From: an uncultured virus (IMG/VR IMGVR_UViG_3300028552_000002) | Lineage: Duplodnaviria > Heunggongvirae > Uroviricota > Caudoviricetes | DNA: 64,000 nt | Strand: one strand, 5' to 3' | Virus record (IMG/VR): IMGVR_UViG_3300028552_000002 | In this document: in pieces, positions 1-10,092 of the stretch | How the letters are laid out: each line of letters starts with the position of its first letter | How positions within the stretch are numbered: the first letter of the stretch is position 1 | Notes under the pieces: model-generated | Database searches by the model: none | The model's input: only the letters and a program-made list of their open reading frames with translations | Told to the model about the DNA's origin: nothing | Made by a program: the position numbers and the translations under genes

Positions 1-13
1 TTTATTTCTTTCT

Positions 14-42
14 ATTGTAAAGCGCCAATGAACAAAAGTCCA
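14..42 (-). promoter_or_regulatory. sigma70-like leftward promoter with GTTCATTGGC box in spacer
   Basis: Minus strand TGGACT-17 bp (tttgttcattggcgctt)-TACAAT. It points out of the window, plausibly toward early genes. Confidence 0.6.
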
Positions 43-146
43 TTTAAATCGTAAAATTTAATAAAATTTTATTTAGATTTAATCATTAGAAGATCTTAAC
101 TGTTTATTCATTGATTATTGCTCGTTTTTGTATGTCAATAGTTTTC

Positions 147-176
147 TTGATAGTGCCTCGATGGATGCTTTATAAT
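147..176 (+). promoter_or_regulatory. putative sigma70 promoter for the portal operon
   Basis: TTGATA-18 bp-TATAAT, ending 38 bp upstream of the portal ATG. Confidence 0.5.
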
Positions 177-214
177 GGACAATAAATGTTTATGGACAAC
201 AAAACGGCAAAATC

Positions 215-2551
215 ATGAAAAAAATCAATTGGTTAGGAAGAATTTTTTATCAGGAAGTCGAAAAAGAAAAAATTATAACGCCGAATGTTAAGAGTGTTGA
301 TCAAGATCGTAGGCCCGCTAACGAGGCAAGCTGGCGGGTTCCTTTCTCCTTAGAGTTTAAAGATATTGAACAATTTGTAGGGACAACTAACGCTGACGAA
401 ATTTTATCTGCCGCGCAAGACAGCCGGGAAATTGAAGGGCAAGCGATGGACGATTCTGACTATCAGAGCCCTATGCCGATAAATTCGAAATTCAATTCTG
501 AATATACAGTGCCAGAAGGGATTATGAGGTGGTACGCCTCTCAATCTTTTATTGGCTATCAAGCGTGTGCCATTATTGCGCAACATTGGCTAGTTAATAA
601 AGCGTGTTCAATGTCAGGTGACGACGCTGTCAGAAATGGCTGGGACATTAAAGCGGATGATGGTTCAGATCTTGATTCTAAAACATTATTCGCTTTGCGT
701 CATAAAGATATTCAGATGGAAGTAACCAAAAATCTTAAGGAATTTAATCGTTTTAAAAATATTTTCGGGATTCGAGTAACTATCTTTCAAGTAGACAGTG
801 ACGATCCTAAGTATTACGAAAAGCCTTTTAATATCGACGGCGTATCGAAAGGATCTTATAAAGGGATGTCTCAAGTCGACCCGTATTGGATGACGCCCAT
901 GTTAACAGCAGAGTCCACGGCGGATCCTTCTAAACAACATTTTTATGAACCAGATTATTGGATTATTAGCGGACAAAAATATCACAGATCCCATCTTGCT
1001 ATTGCGATTGGTGATGAAGTTGCGGATATATTAAAACCGACTTATATTTTCGGCGGAGTCTCTTTAGTTCAAGTTATTTATGAACGTTGTTATGCCGCTG
1101 AAAGAACGGCGAACGAAGCGCCTTTGCTTACCATGAATAAACGTATGACAATTTTTCATACAGATATGGAAGCTGTCATAGCAAACGAAGCTGACTTTCT
1201 AAAAAAATTAGCCAAATGGGTTTTTTATCGGGATAATAATTCTGTAAAAGTTGTTGGCGAAGGCGAAACGATGGAACAGATTGATACTAATCTTTCTGAT
1301 CTTGACGCTGTAATAATGAATCAATATCAACTTGTCGCGGCGATTGCGAAAGTTCCGGCTACTAAATTATTAGGAACTTCTCCAAAAGGATTTAATGCTA
1401 CCGGTGAATTCGAAATCGTTTCTTATCATGAAGAATTAGAATCTATTCAAAGCGGACCGTATCAATTAATGCTAGATCATCACTATATGCTAATGGCTAA
1501 ATCGATGGGTCTGGATTATGGTTTAACTGTAGTTTGGCAACCTGTCGATTCCTTAACTGCCGTTCAACGCGCAACCCTTAATTTGCAAAAAGCGCAGACT
1601 GGGCAGATTTATGTTGAACTTGGAGTTATTTCTCCTGACGACGAATTTAAACGCCTGCAAAATGATAAATTCAGCGGATACAATCAGCTTGAAGATAATT
1701 CTACTAACGAATCCAACCCGGTTGCTGGTATGACCCCTGAAAATATTGCCGCGCTACAGAAAGCCGGGGCCGAACAGGAAAAAGGGCAGGCCGCGATTTC
1801 AAAGGCCACTAATCCTCAAGAACCTCAACCGGATCAGACGCCAACAGTAGAAAAATCGGCGGCAATCGCCCCCAAAGATTCTCAGAATTCAAATATTAAT
1901 GGACAACGGAAGTCTAGTTTAAATCCTGAACTAATCAAACAGTTAGGCGATTATCTGCGTCAAATTGATGCCGCAATGGTCCCAGAAGGCCAGGATATAA
2001 ATCCCGACATAATTGGTCAAGGCCGCACCGTAAGGCCGTCAGTGACAGGGATAAAGCCCGCAGTGTCAGGCATTAACTCCGTCATAGAGGAGACCCCACG
2101 AGACAAATTGCATCGAATGAAAATCAACGGCATGATCTGTTATATCGAAAATCCTCGCGATTCGATTAGAAAAGGCGAAGACGCGGACGGGACTGAATGG
2201 GCAACAAAGATGCCGCATCATTACGGTTTTATAGATGGAACAAAAGGCGCAGATGGTGACGAACTTGACTGTTTTGTTGGGAGAAACTTACAATCTAAAA
2301 GAGTTTTTGTAGTAGATCAGTACGATGCAGAGGGAAATTTCGACGAACATAAATGTATGCTGGGATTTAATAATGCCAAAGAAGCTCAAGACGCATATGC
2401 TCAATCGTTCGGTAGAAATTGGAAAGGATTTGGCGGATTAAAAACTTTATCTGTTCCTAACTTTAAAAAATTCGCGTCAGGGAATTGTAATACTCCGTTA
2501 TGTGAAAAAAATATTGAAGAAGAAACAAATAATTCACCGATTTTAGGATAA
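215..2551 (+). CDS. portal protein (DUF1073-type) with C-terminal inorganic pyrophosphatase-like domain
   Basis: First head gene. Portal-like motifs IPATKLLGTSPKGFNATGE-type and YHRSHL. After a low-complexity linker, HYGFIDGTKGADGDELDCFVG...FDEHKCMLGF. Confidence 0.85.
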   Translation: MKKINWLGRIFYQEVEKEKIITPNVKSVDQDRRPANEASWRVPFSLEFKDIEQFVGTTNADEILSAAQDSREIEGQAMDDSDYQSPMPINSKFNSEYTVPEGIMRWYASQSFIGYQACAIIAQHWLVNKACSMSGDDAVRNGWDIKADDGSDLDSKTLFALRHKDIQMEVTKNLKEFNRFKNIFGIRVTIFQVDSDDPKYYEKPFNIDGVSKGSYKGMSQVDPYWMTPMLTAESTADPSKQHFYEPDYWIISGQKYHRSHLAIAIGDEVADILKPTYIFGGVSLVQVIYERCYAAERTANEAPLLTMNKRMTIFHTDMEAVIANEADFLKKLAKWVFYRDNNSVKVVGEGETMEQIDTNLSDLDAVIMNQYQLVAAIAKVPATKLLGTSPKGFNATGEFEIVSYHEELESIQSGPYQLMLDHHYMLMAKSMGLDYGLTVVWQPVDSLTAVQRATLNLQKAQTGQIYVELGVISPDDEFKRLQNDKFSGYNQLEDNSTNESNPVAGMTPENIAALQKAGAEQEKGQAAISKATNPQEPQPDQTPTVEKSAAIAPKDSQNSNINGQRKSSLNPELIKQLGDYLRQIDAAMVPEGQDINPDIIGQGRTVRPSVTGIKPAVSGINSVIEETPRDKLHRMKINGMICYIENPRDSIRKGEDADGTEWATKMPHHYGFIDGTKGADGDELDCFVGRNLQSKRVFVVDQYDAEGNFDEHKCMLGFNNAKEAQDAYAQSFGRNWKGFGGLKTLSVPNFKKFASGNCNTPLCEKNIEEETNNSPILG

Positions 2552-2557
2552 TCAATC

Positions 2558-3388
2558 ATGGCTTCTAAAATAAAAAGTAGAAAAGAGCCTGATCCCGTTG
2601 GAGAAGGAAAACCGATAATTCCATCTAGAGCAATTATTTCCTGGTATGACTATCAGATAGAAATGATTACTGAAGCTATGATTTCTGATTATAAACATGA
2701 ATTACATCATATTTTTTCAGATCCAAGAATCCGAAAATTTTATGGGATGGACGTTTCTGTAAGTTCTTTATTTGATCGTTTACTTAAAGAATTAAATAAT
2801 AAATGGAGTAAAGTTTTTAATGGATTCGCCGCGCAAACTTCTAAAGAATTTATTTCGAAAGTAGATTCTTCAGCAACGACAGCAACATTATACAGTTTAA
2901 AAACTGCCGGTTTGAAATTGCCAAAAGCAGAATATAATTCATCTGTAATGAATACTCTTGGCGCGGCAACTGATTTTAATCACACATTAATTACTAATAT
3001 TTCCGAAGATATTCACGAAAAAATTTATAACTCTGTAATGTTATCTTTAACGTCTCCAAATCCAGAAGAACAGGGAATGACTGGAATAGAAAACACTTTA
3101 AAATCTGTAGGAGGATTTTATAAAAAAAGAATTCAATTAATAACTCGCGATCAAACTAGTAAATTGTACAGTTCTTTAAGTGATGAAAGAATGAAAGAAA
3201 ATGGCGTTGATGAATTTCGTTGGCTTCATTCTCATGCTGGTAAAGTTCCTCGCCCTTCTCATGTTGCAAAAAATAATCAAATTTTTAAATTAGACGATCC
3301 TAGATTGTGGCAAGGGCCGAAAGCAGATCAAGGTCCGCCAGGATGGGCGATTAACTGCCGCTGCCGCAGAATTCCTGTTATTAGATAG
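2558..3388 (+). CDS. MuF / SPP1 gp7-like minor head protein
   Basis: LITRDQTSK, FRWLHS...PRPSH and PGWAINCRC motifs; directly follows the portal. Confidence 0.85.
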   Translation: MASKIKSRKEPDPVGEGKPIIPSRAIISWYDYQIEMITEAMISDYKHELHHIFSDPRIRKFYGMDVSVSSLFDRLLKELNNKWSKVFNGFAAQTSKEFISKVDSSATTATLYSLKTAGLKLPKAEYNSSVMNTLGAATDFNHTLITNISEDIHEKIYNSVMLSLTSPNPEEQGMTGIENTLKSVGGFYKKRIQLITRDQTSKLYSSLSDERMKENGVDEFRWLHSHAGKVPRPSHVAKNNQIFKLDDPRLWQGPKADQGPPGWAINCRCRRIPVIR

Positions 3389-3400
3389 GAGAAAACATAA

Positions 3401-3598
3401 ATGCCATTAATTCAAGGTAAATCAGAAAAGACTTTAGGAAAAAATATAGGCAAGGAAATTGGAGCGGGCAAAGATCCTAAACAAGCCGCCGCGATTGCGT
3501 ACTCAGTACAACGTAAGGCTAAGGACGCAAAGGACTTACCGGTCATTTTAGCCGCGCTACGTGACGTCCTTACAAAAATTCGGGAGTGTTGCCGATAA
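3401..3598 (+). CDS. small basic head-associated protein
   Basis: RBS AGGAG. MPLxxGKS...NI...KQAAAIAY pattern common in phage head modules. Confidence 0.65.
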   Translation: MPLIQGKSEKTLGKNIGKEIGAGKDPKQAAAIAYSVQRKAKDAKDLPVILAALRDVLTKIRECCR

Positions 3599-3618
3599 TT
3601 ATCACGAGGCAAAATCAC

Positions 3619-3675
3619 TACGTGGGAACGATAGGTAACTGATTTATATAGGGAAATCGACTTCGTTCCCACGTA
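3619..3675. repeat. 13-bp perfect inverted repeat with 31-bp spacer
   Basis: TACGTGGGAACGA (3619-3631) and TCGTTCCCACGTA (3663-3675). The spacer holds an IHF-like sequence with one mismatch to consensus. Confidence 0.9.
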
Positions 3676-3759
3676 ATCGGCAGAAAATCAATATTTAATC
3701 TTTTTATAGAGATTTCGATAGTGAACAACCTATTATTTTTTTATATTCTAATATTATCC

Positions 3760-3837
3760 GTTATACATGGTAAAGTAAGTACATATAGAAAATCATAGTA
3801 TTATAAAACAGTAACTTACAGAACTTTAGTTTTATCA
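3760..3837 (+). repeat. 78-bp non-coding element, copy A
   Basis: 67/78 ungapped identity with 49898-49975 by hand alignment. Confidence 0.9.
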
Positions 3838-3973
3838 CATCACGTAAAATTTGCCTTAATCTTCGCGGTAATCCCGACTAAACTCGCGGCTATATTATTA
3901 ATACTTAAGATATATTGATGAATCAATGTTGCCGGGATATAATCATAGCAATTATATTCATGGAGCACTGACA

Positions 3974-5488
3974 ATGCCACAATCGGCTAGAGAGACGGAC
4001 GCTAACGGGTTCCTTATCGTTCGGGGGTGTCCTATCTCAACTTTTGGAGTCTTTGAGTATAGCGCCGGGCAGATAGGTTTAGAGGGAGATCCCAACAGAA
4101 TCGTTAAAGTATTTCGTCCTGAATACGCTGTAAACGACCCCCTCGCTATAGAATCATTTCGAGACATTCCCCTAGTAGACGACCATACAATGCTGTCAGG
4201 TTTTGAAGACGACAGTATCAATATGGACCCGGATGAAAAGGGAGTTTCTGGAATTTTGACGAATAACGTTTATTATGAAAAACCCTGGATGCGGGGAGAT
4301 ATAAAAGTTTTTTCTCGCGGAATGAAAGACAAAGTCTTAGCACAAATTAAAGACGATCTTTCATTGGGATTTGGATGTAAATATAAGTTGGAACCGGGCG
4401 TCTGGAATGATCAGGAATACGAAGTAGTTCAAGATCATATTCGGGGTAATCATCTTGCTCTTGTAAAAGAAGGACGTATACCGGGCGCTAGAGTTTTGGA
4501 TGGCCTATGTTTCGACCATTTAAACTTTGATAAAATTTCACATAAGGGCATTGAAATGAAAAAACCAGTTCCGTATAACAAAGCTATTTTTCTGAAAAAG
4601 AAAACGTCGGAGTTAGCTAGGATGGCAAAAGACGCTAAAGATTCAGGCTTGAAAGATGGAGAGCAAGCTCTTGATGCTGAAAATCCGGCGGCGCAAATTT
4701 TAGCCATTTTGCCGCAGCTTACTCAAGCACTGACAGCATTTTTCGGTCAAGAAGAAACTGAGCCCGCACACGAAGATCTTGATCCTGGCACAGATCCCGG
4801 TACTGACCCGTCTCTTTCTGAAGAAGACAACTCCACCGATCTTCCGGCCAGTCCAGCACAACCAGAGGAAAGCGCTACAGGCGAAGAACCTCTAGCAAAT
4901 CCGCCGGAAATGACGGAAGAAGGCGGCGAACAAAGCGGTAATCCAGATTTGGCTTCTCTCATTTCGCAAGTAGAAGCGATCCTAGCGCAAATTAAAGGCG
5001 GCGGCGCTACGGATGAAGAATGTCCTATGCCAATGCCAGCGAAAGCCGGGAAAGACGAAGAAAATTTATCGGAAGAAAATACCGATGCGATTGAAGGATT
5101 GCAGGAAAAAAGTGATAAAGGGGCGATGATGAAAACTGAAGATCATAAGGTCACGATGGATGAGGCTTTTAGCCGTTTTCGTCAAGATGAATCGAAAAAA
5201 ATTAAAATTTATAATCGCGTTTCTAGGGCTGTCGGCGCTTTCGATCACTCCGCGATGGACTCAAAACAAGTCGCAGTATACGGTATTAAAAAATTGAATA
5301 TCCAGTGTCCGAAAGGACAAGAATCGATTGCCCTCGATGCATATTTTAACGCAATGGAAGCTGCGGCGAAACAGCAGAAAGCGATGCAGTCCAAACAGCA
5401 GCAAGAAAGAGCGACGATGGATAGCTCTGTCTGGGATACGCAGTCAGGCATTCCAGAACTTAATTCTTATTTAAATGGGGGTAAATAA
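3974..5488 (+). CDS. prohead protease/scaffold protein (DUF2213-type)
   Basis: GVFEY, PLVDDH, LSLGFGC and GNHLALVKEGR motifs followed by an acidic scaffold-like C-terminus. GGAG RBS favours the ATG at 3974. Confidence 0.85.
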   Translation: MPQSARETDANGFLIVRGCPISTFGVFEYSAGQIGLEGDPNRIVKVFRPEYAVNDPLAIESFRDIPLVDDHTMLSGFEDDSINMDPDEKGVSGILTNNVYYEKPWMRGDIKVFSRGMKDKVLAQIKDDLSLGFGCKYKLEPGVWNDQEYEVVQDHIRGNHLALVKEGRIPGARVLDGLCFDHLNFDKISHKGIEMKKPVPYNKAIFLKKKTSELARMAKDAKDSGLKDGEQALDAENPAAQILAILPQLTQALTAFFGQEETEPAHEDLDPGTDPGTDPSLSEEDNSTDLPASPAQPEESATGEEPLANPPEMTEEGGEQSGNPDLASLISQVEAILAQIKGGGATDEECPMPMPAKAGKDEENLSEENTDAIEGLQEKSDKGAMMKTEDHKVTMDEAFSRFRQDESKKIKIYNRVSRAVGAFDHSAMDSKQVAVYGIKKLNIQCPKGQESIALDAYFNAMEAAAKQQKAMQSKQQQERATMDSSVWDTQSGIPELNSYLNGGK

Positions 5489-5489
5489 T

Positions 5490-6134
5490 ATGCCATTTCA
5501 AGGCGTAGTTAATCGATCTTATACTACCAGCTTTCCTGGCAGTATTCAGCAGGGCGGTCCGCATCGCGCACGCGTCGCAAGAATTTTGTCAGTAAATGAT
5601 CCGGCAGGTGTGAACACAAACCGAATTTCACGTGCCTTTGGCTGGAGCGCAGATTATGGCAACATTGGTCAGGGTTCGTCTCTTACCGTTGCCGCCGATG
5701 GGTTCCAAGTCGTTCTCGGCGGGTCACGCTTTTTCGGGATCCTTTTCAATCCGAAACATAACGCGCTATCCGGCACGACTCCAAATGGTTTAACCGGGGG
5801 ATCCTTGGGCGCGACTTTAGATTTGCCGGAAGGCACTGAAGCGGAATTTACGGATATGTGTACCGGTCTTACTGCAGAGCTGTACAATTTTACAACCGGC
5901 GCAGTAACGCCAAGTTTCGGCGATCCTATTGCATATGTTCCTAACACGATTTCGACCGGCAACAATCCCCTCGCCGTTCCTTATGGCGCTTTAGTGTCGT
6001 ATGTTGCTGGCGCGGCAGTTCCTACTGGCTTAATTGCTATTCCGAACGCCTTTGTTGTAAATTCCGTGGCGATTAGTGCTTCAGCGGTCGGCGCTTTGGT
6101 ATCCGCTTACACTATTATCCAACTGACGCAGTAA
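5490..6134 (+). CDS. capsid decoration / minor head protein
   Basis: Lies between scaffold and major capsid; FFGILFNPK motif; Gly/Ala/Thr rich. Confidence 0.7.
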   Translation: MPFQGVVNRSYTTSFPGSIQQGGPHRARVARILSVNDPAGVNTNRISRAFGWSADYGNIGQGSSLTVAADGFQVVLGGSRFFGILFNPKHNALSGTTPNGLTGGSLGATLDLPEGTEAEFTDMCTGLTAELYNFTTGAVTPSFGDPIAYVPNTISTGNNPLAVPYGALVSYVAGAAVPTGLIAIPNAFVVNSVAISASAVGALVSAYTIIQLTQ

Positions 6135-6147
6135 GGAGATTATAAAA

Positions 6148-7305
6148 ATGAGAGCTGAAATAAGCGTAACTCGCTCAACTATCAAGCCACGAAATATCGT
6201 TCGCGGTAATTTTTTGGACTTGAAATCTGTTACTGACGCAGCAGTTAAAGATTTATCACGGATTGGCGTCAATTTCGATTATGGTTTTGTGCGCGATCAA
6301 GTTAATACTTTAAGCGCAATGGGGGCTTTTACCGGTAACGGTATGGACTCGAATTTTACTCCATCTATTACGACTCCCTCTATCCCGACACCAATTCAGT
6401 TTTTGCAAATGTGGTTGCCTGGATTTGTGAAAATTATTACCGCAGCACGTTCTATCGATGAAATTGTTGGTATCAAAACCATCGGTTCATGGGAAGACGA
6501 AGAAATTGTCCAGACCATTGTTGAACCGGCGGGTACTGCCGTGGAATATGGTGATTTTACTAATATTCCATTCACAGATTGGAATCCTAACTTTGAGCGC
6601 CGGACAATCGTGCGTGGCGAGCTGGGTCTTATGGTCGGTACTTTGGAAGAAGGGCGTGCTGCTAAAATGCGTTTGAATTCCGCCGATATTAAGAGGAATC
6701 AATGCGCTATTTCTTTAGAAGTTATGCGTAACGCCATCGGATTTTTTGGTTGGAATTCTGCGAATCAACGTACTTTTGGTTTCTTAAACGATCCTAGTCA
6801 ACTGCCGTTTATTACTACGTCAATTGTCGGCGGCGGCGGGTGGGCTACCGCAACGTTCCAGGAAATTACTGGCGATATTCGTATTATGGTTCGTCAGCTT
6901 CGTATTCAAAGCCAAAACAATATCGATGCAAATAAAGTTGAAACAACTTTAGTTCTGCCGATGACGGTCGTAGATTACCTTTCCGTTACGACCGATTTCG
7001 GTATTTCGGTAAGCGATTGGATCACTCAAACTTACCCGAAAATGCGGATCGTTTCTGCCGTTGAATTGTCTGGCGCTCACCCGTCTGATAATGATAATAT
7101 TGCAGTGTTGTTTGCTGAATCTGTCGATTCATCTATTGACGGTTCTACGGATGGCGGCGAAACGTTTATTCAGATGGTCCAGACTAAATACACAACTCTC
7201 GGCGTAGAAAAGAAGGCAAAATCTTATATTGAAGATTATGCTAACGGTACTGCCGGGGTTATGTGTAAACGTCCCTATGCATCTGTTCGTATGTACGGAA
7301 TTTAA
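6148..7305 (+). CDS. major capsid protein (DUF2184-type, HK97 fold)
   Basis: 385 aa, strong RBS AAGGAG, motifs GTAVEYGD and FGFLNDP, followed by a terminator. Confidence 0.9.
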   Translation: MRAEISVTRSTIKPRNIVRGNFLDLKSVTDAAVKDLSRIGVNFDYGFVRDQVNTLSAMGAFTGNGMDSNFTPSITTPSIPTPIQFLQMWLPGFVKIITAARSIDEIVGIKTIGSWEDEEIVQTIVEPAGTAVEYGDFTNIPFTDWNPNFERRTIVRGELGLMVGTLEEGRAAKMRLNSADIKRNQCAISLEVMRNAIGFFGWNSANQRTFGFLNDPSQLPFITTSIVGGGGWATATFQEITGDIRIMVRQLRIQSQNNIDANKVETTLVLPMTVVDYLSVTTDFGISVSDWITQTYPKMRIVSAVELSGAHPSDNDNIAVLFAESVDSSIDGSTDGGETFIQMVQTKYTTLGVEKKAKSYIEDYANGTAGVMCKRPYASVRMYGI

Positions 7306-7311
7306 CTAAAC

Positions 7312-7337
7312 AGGGGAGTAGTGCTCCCCTTAATTTT
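7312..7337 (+). terminator. intrinsic terminator after major capsid gene
   Basis: AGGGGAG-tagtg-CTCCCCT hairpin followed by TAATTTT. Confidence 0.7.
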
Positions 7338-7394
7338 AAGAATCTTTACGCGCTGTCGGGGCCGTAAGATCATAATAAATAGGACGACATTATC

Positions 7395-7886
7395 ATGACT
7401 AAACATATTATTTCTACAATGACTTCAGCAGTTGGTTATACTTTTTATGAAAAAGTTGCCGGTTACGAATCTCCAGAAAATAAAAGAATGCCATCTTTGC
7501 CGCAAATTCCTAGAATTTCAAAAACAATTCTGATCAACGGCGGAGCAGGTATTCCGTCAGAAACTAGCGGTATGGGTGAAATGGTAAAAGATAAAAACGG
7601 AATTCCGTTATGGACGGCGCACGGCGTCGTAACGTCAATTTCAGATCAAGATTATGAATTGCTGCGAACTAATGTAGTATACAAAAAGCATGAAGAAAAA
7701 GGATATGTTCGTTGCGTCGAAAACGATATTCGCGGCAATAATAAAGCCATTCTTAAAGAAGTAAAACAGATGGCAGAACACGATCAGTTCGCACAACTTA
7801 ATAATGAAACCTTTAAATCCAATATGAAAATGAAAATCGAAAGCGCAGATAAGAATAGCACTTTCGACAATATTCCAAGAAATTAA
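7395..7886 (+). CDS. conserved virion-module hypothetical protein
   Basis: RBS AGGA; lies after the major capsid; ILINGGAG motif. Confidence 0.6.
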   Translation: MTKHIISTMTSAVGYTFYEKVAGYESPENKRMPSLPQIPRISKTILINGGAGIPSETSGMGEMVKDKNGIPLWTAHGVVTSISDQDYELLRTNVVYKKHEEKGYVRCVENDIRGNNKAILKEVKQMAEHDQFAQLNNETFKSNMKMKIESADKNSTFDNIPRN

Positions 7887-7898
7887 AAATAGGCGGAT

Positions 7899-8351
7899 AT
7901 GATGGCTTACAACGATCCCGCGTTTCGGCTGCAATTTCCAGAATGGGCTGATCCGACATTGTATCCGGCTATTACGATTAGCAGCCAATACGATGTCGCA
8001 ACGGTTTTTATTGATGACGATAATTTTCCATGTAGAACTTTGAGTGGAAAAAAATTAGATTTGGTATTAAATTATTTGACAGCGCATCTATTGTATTTAA
8101 CAAAAACTGCATCTGAAGCAGCAAGCCCGATTAATAATGGCGGCGGAATGGTAATAGGGGCTACTATTGGAGAAATTAGTGCTCAGAAATTAGCGCCCCC
8201 AGCGGCAAATGGCTGGCAATATTGGCTGGCAAGTTCCCCTTACGGACAGGCTTTGTGGGCTCTTTTACACCTTCTATCTGTCGGCGGAACTTCGTTCGGC
8301 GGTCTTCCTGAAAGCGAAGGTTTTCGACGGATTGGGGGAGTTTTCTTATGA
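7899..8351 (+). CDS. head-tail adaptor (DUF4054-type)
   Basis: FRLQFPEW, LTAHLL and WLASSPYGQALWAL motifs. Confidence 0.8.
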   Translation: MMAYNDPAFRLQFPEWADPTLYPAITISSQYDVATVFIDDDNFPCRTLSGKKLDLVLNYLTAHLLYLTKTASEAASPINNGGGMVIGATIGEISAQKLAPPAANGWQYWLASSPYGQALWALLHLLSVGGTSFGGLPESEGFRRIGGVFL

Positions 8352-8725
8352 TCCCCGGAATCAATCTTTTGAACGTTGCGTCTACTGTTATCTCTTTAAT
8401 AAACGTAGATTATTACCCATGGGTAAGCAGAACGAAAGACGCGGTAGGAAACTGGGTAGCAACTTACGGAGATTCTTTCCCATTAAGATCTTCTGTTCAG
8501 CCAGTCCCAAGAAATAAATATGCTTTTTTGGGACTGGATTTTCAAAAAAAATACGTCAAAATATTTATTCCTTATAATTCTATAGATTTAAGTCGGGATG
8601 TTTCTGGAGATCAGTTCATCTATAAAGGAGAAACTTTCGTTTTTGAATCTAACACGGAATGGTTTTCTATGGATGGATGGAATAGTGCATACGCTGTGAA
8701 AGTTGGCGGAACTTTTAATGGTTGA
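8348..8725 (+). CDS. head closure / head-tail joining protein
   Basis: ATGA overlap with previous gene; SVQPVP and GDQFIYKG motifs; synteny. Confidence 0.65.
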   Translation: MIPGINLLNVASTVISLINVDYYPWVSRTKDAVGNWVATYGDSFPLRSSVQPVPRNKYAFLGLDFQKKYVKIFIPYNSIDLSRDVSGDQFIYKGETFVFESNTEWFSMDGWNSAYAVKVGGTFNG

Positions 8726-9269
8726 TTATGATTTGATTGTATTAATTATAGCAAGAATAAACGCCGCGCAAGCTGCTTTAGGCTATTCTTATGAAGTAAC
8801 AAAAGCCGTACAGCCTACTCAACAGGGCGCATCTACGCAATCCACTATTTATTATCAAAAATTATGGGATATTCCTTATGGGTTTCCTATGACGTCGTAT
8901 TCTTTTAATTCAGAAAATCAAATTGAGAACGAAATTACTACGCAATTGGTAGAGAGTACTTTTCAAATAGCGACTTTTGTAAATGAAATTCCAGGAGATC
9001 CAACTATTCCTACGGCTTCAGATGTTTTGAATTCGTTGCAGAGATATTTATCTTCTCAAACTAATTTGCGCGTAATGCAATCCAGCGGCGTTAATATGTT
9101 ACGCATAAGAAACGTTACAAATCAATATTTCGATAACGATAGATCTCAATATCAGCCAATGCCGACATTAGAATGGACTTTAACGCACCAAAATTCGATA
9201 ACAAGTCCAGTTCCATTCACTTCTACGGTTAACGCTACTATTTATAACGTAGATCAAGGCGAATCATAA
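8718..9269 (+). CDS. tail completion/terminator-like neck protein
   Basis: Synteny and QPTQQG motif. ATG at 8718 overlaps the upstream gene end. Confidence 0.6.
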   Translation: MVDYDLIVLIIARINAAQAALGYSYEVTKAVQPTQQGASTQSTIYYQKLWDIPYGFPMTSYSFNSENQIENEITTQLVESTFQIATFVNEIPGDPTIPTASDVLNSLQRYLSSQTNLRVMQSSGVNMLRIRNVTNQYFDNDRSQYQPMPTLEWTLTHQNSITSPVPFTSTVNATIYNVDQGES

Positions 9270-10090
9270 TGGAATTAAAAACTTATTTTGCACAAGATCA
9301 ATTCGGAAATATAATTCCTAACGCTACTGTCACAATTTATTTGACAGGGACATCAACGTTAGCGACTGGACTCGAAGACGTTTCCGGCGCTCCCCTTACG
9401 AATCCGTTTACGGCGGATGGAAATGCAAAAATAGCAGTTCAAGCCCCAAATGGAATTTATGATATAGTAACAGAATCGTCAACTTATACCGCGCCAAGAA
9501 TGACCGTCCAATTTCTCGACGGACAGACGGTAATTGATGATGCCGCAGAAATTGCCGCAGCGGTTATTACCACAAACAATAATGTCGTTTTAACGAACAA
9601 TTACGCTACCGCTGCCGGAACTTCCGCAACAAATGCAGCGACATCTGCGACTGGCGCGGCAGGGTCGGAATCTTCATCTTCCACTATTTTAACTGAATGC
9701 CAAGATATTCTTACAGCTATTCAATCTGCATCAATTACGGATAAAGTTTTTTATCTTAATCCACCGTCAGATCCAGACGGAACAATAGCAGGTCTTGCTG
9801 GGACTTCTGTCGGCGAAGGGTTTTTTGTAGTTCAAGGCGCGAACGTAAGTCCGGCTTTTAAATTTTATCAACACATGTCAGACGGCACTGCAATGTTATA
9901 TGCAACGCTTCCGGGACAGTCTGCGATTAATAATAACGTCAATGCGGCAGCAACTTTCGCTAGTATTCCGGGGGGAGCTGTAGGATTTTGGTTAGTGGCG
10001 AACGATGAAACGAAAAATATCGGTCCTACTTTTTATTATATAAACGCTTCCGGTACTCGATACTGGTTTGCAATGGTACGGGACAATTAA
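9269..10090 (+). CDS. truncated tailspike/fibre anchor (adaptor) protein
   Basis: N-terminal QDQFGN...LTNPFTAD...APNGIYDI anchor domain, Ala/Thr/Ser coil and DPDGTIAGLAGT domain; no enzymatic C-terminus. Confidence 0.6.
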   Translation: MELKTYFAQDQFGNIIPNATVTIYLTGTSTLATGLEDVSGAPLTNPFTADGNAKIAVQAPNGIYDIVTESSTYTAPRMTVQFLDGQTVIDDAAEIAAAVITTNNNVVLTNNYATAAGTSATNAATSATGAAGSESSSSTILTECQDILTAIQSASITDKVFYLNPPSDPDGTIAGLAGTSVGEGFFVVQGANVSPAFKFYQHMSDGTAMLYATLPGQSAINNNVNAAATFASIPGGAVGFWLVANDETKNIGPTFYYINASGTRYWFAMVRDN

Positions 10091-10092
10091 TC

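Noticed and set aside
3412..3672. 86-aa minus-strand ORF and similar short antisense ORFs across the structural arm
   Set aside because: Shadow frames of well-supported + strand genes.
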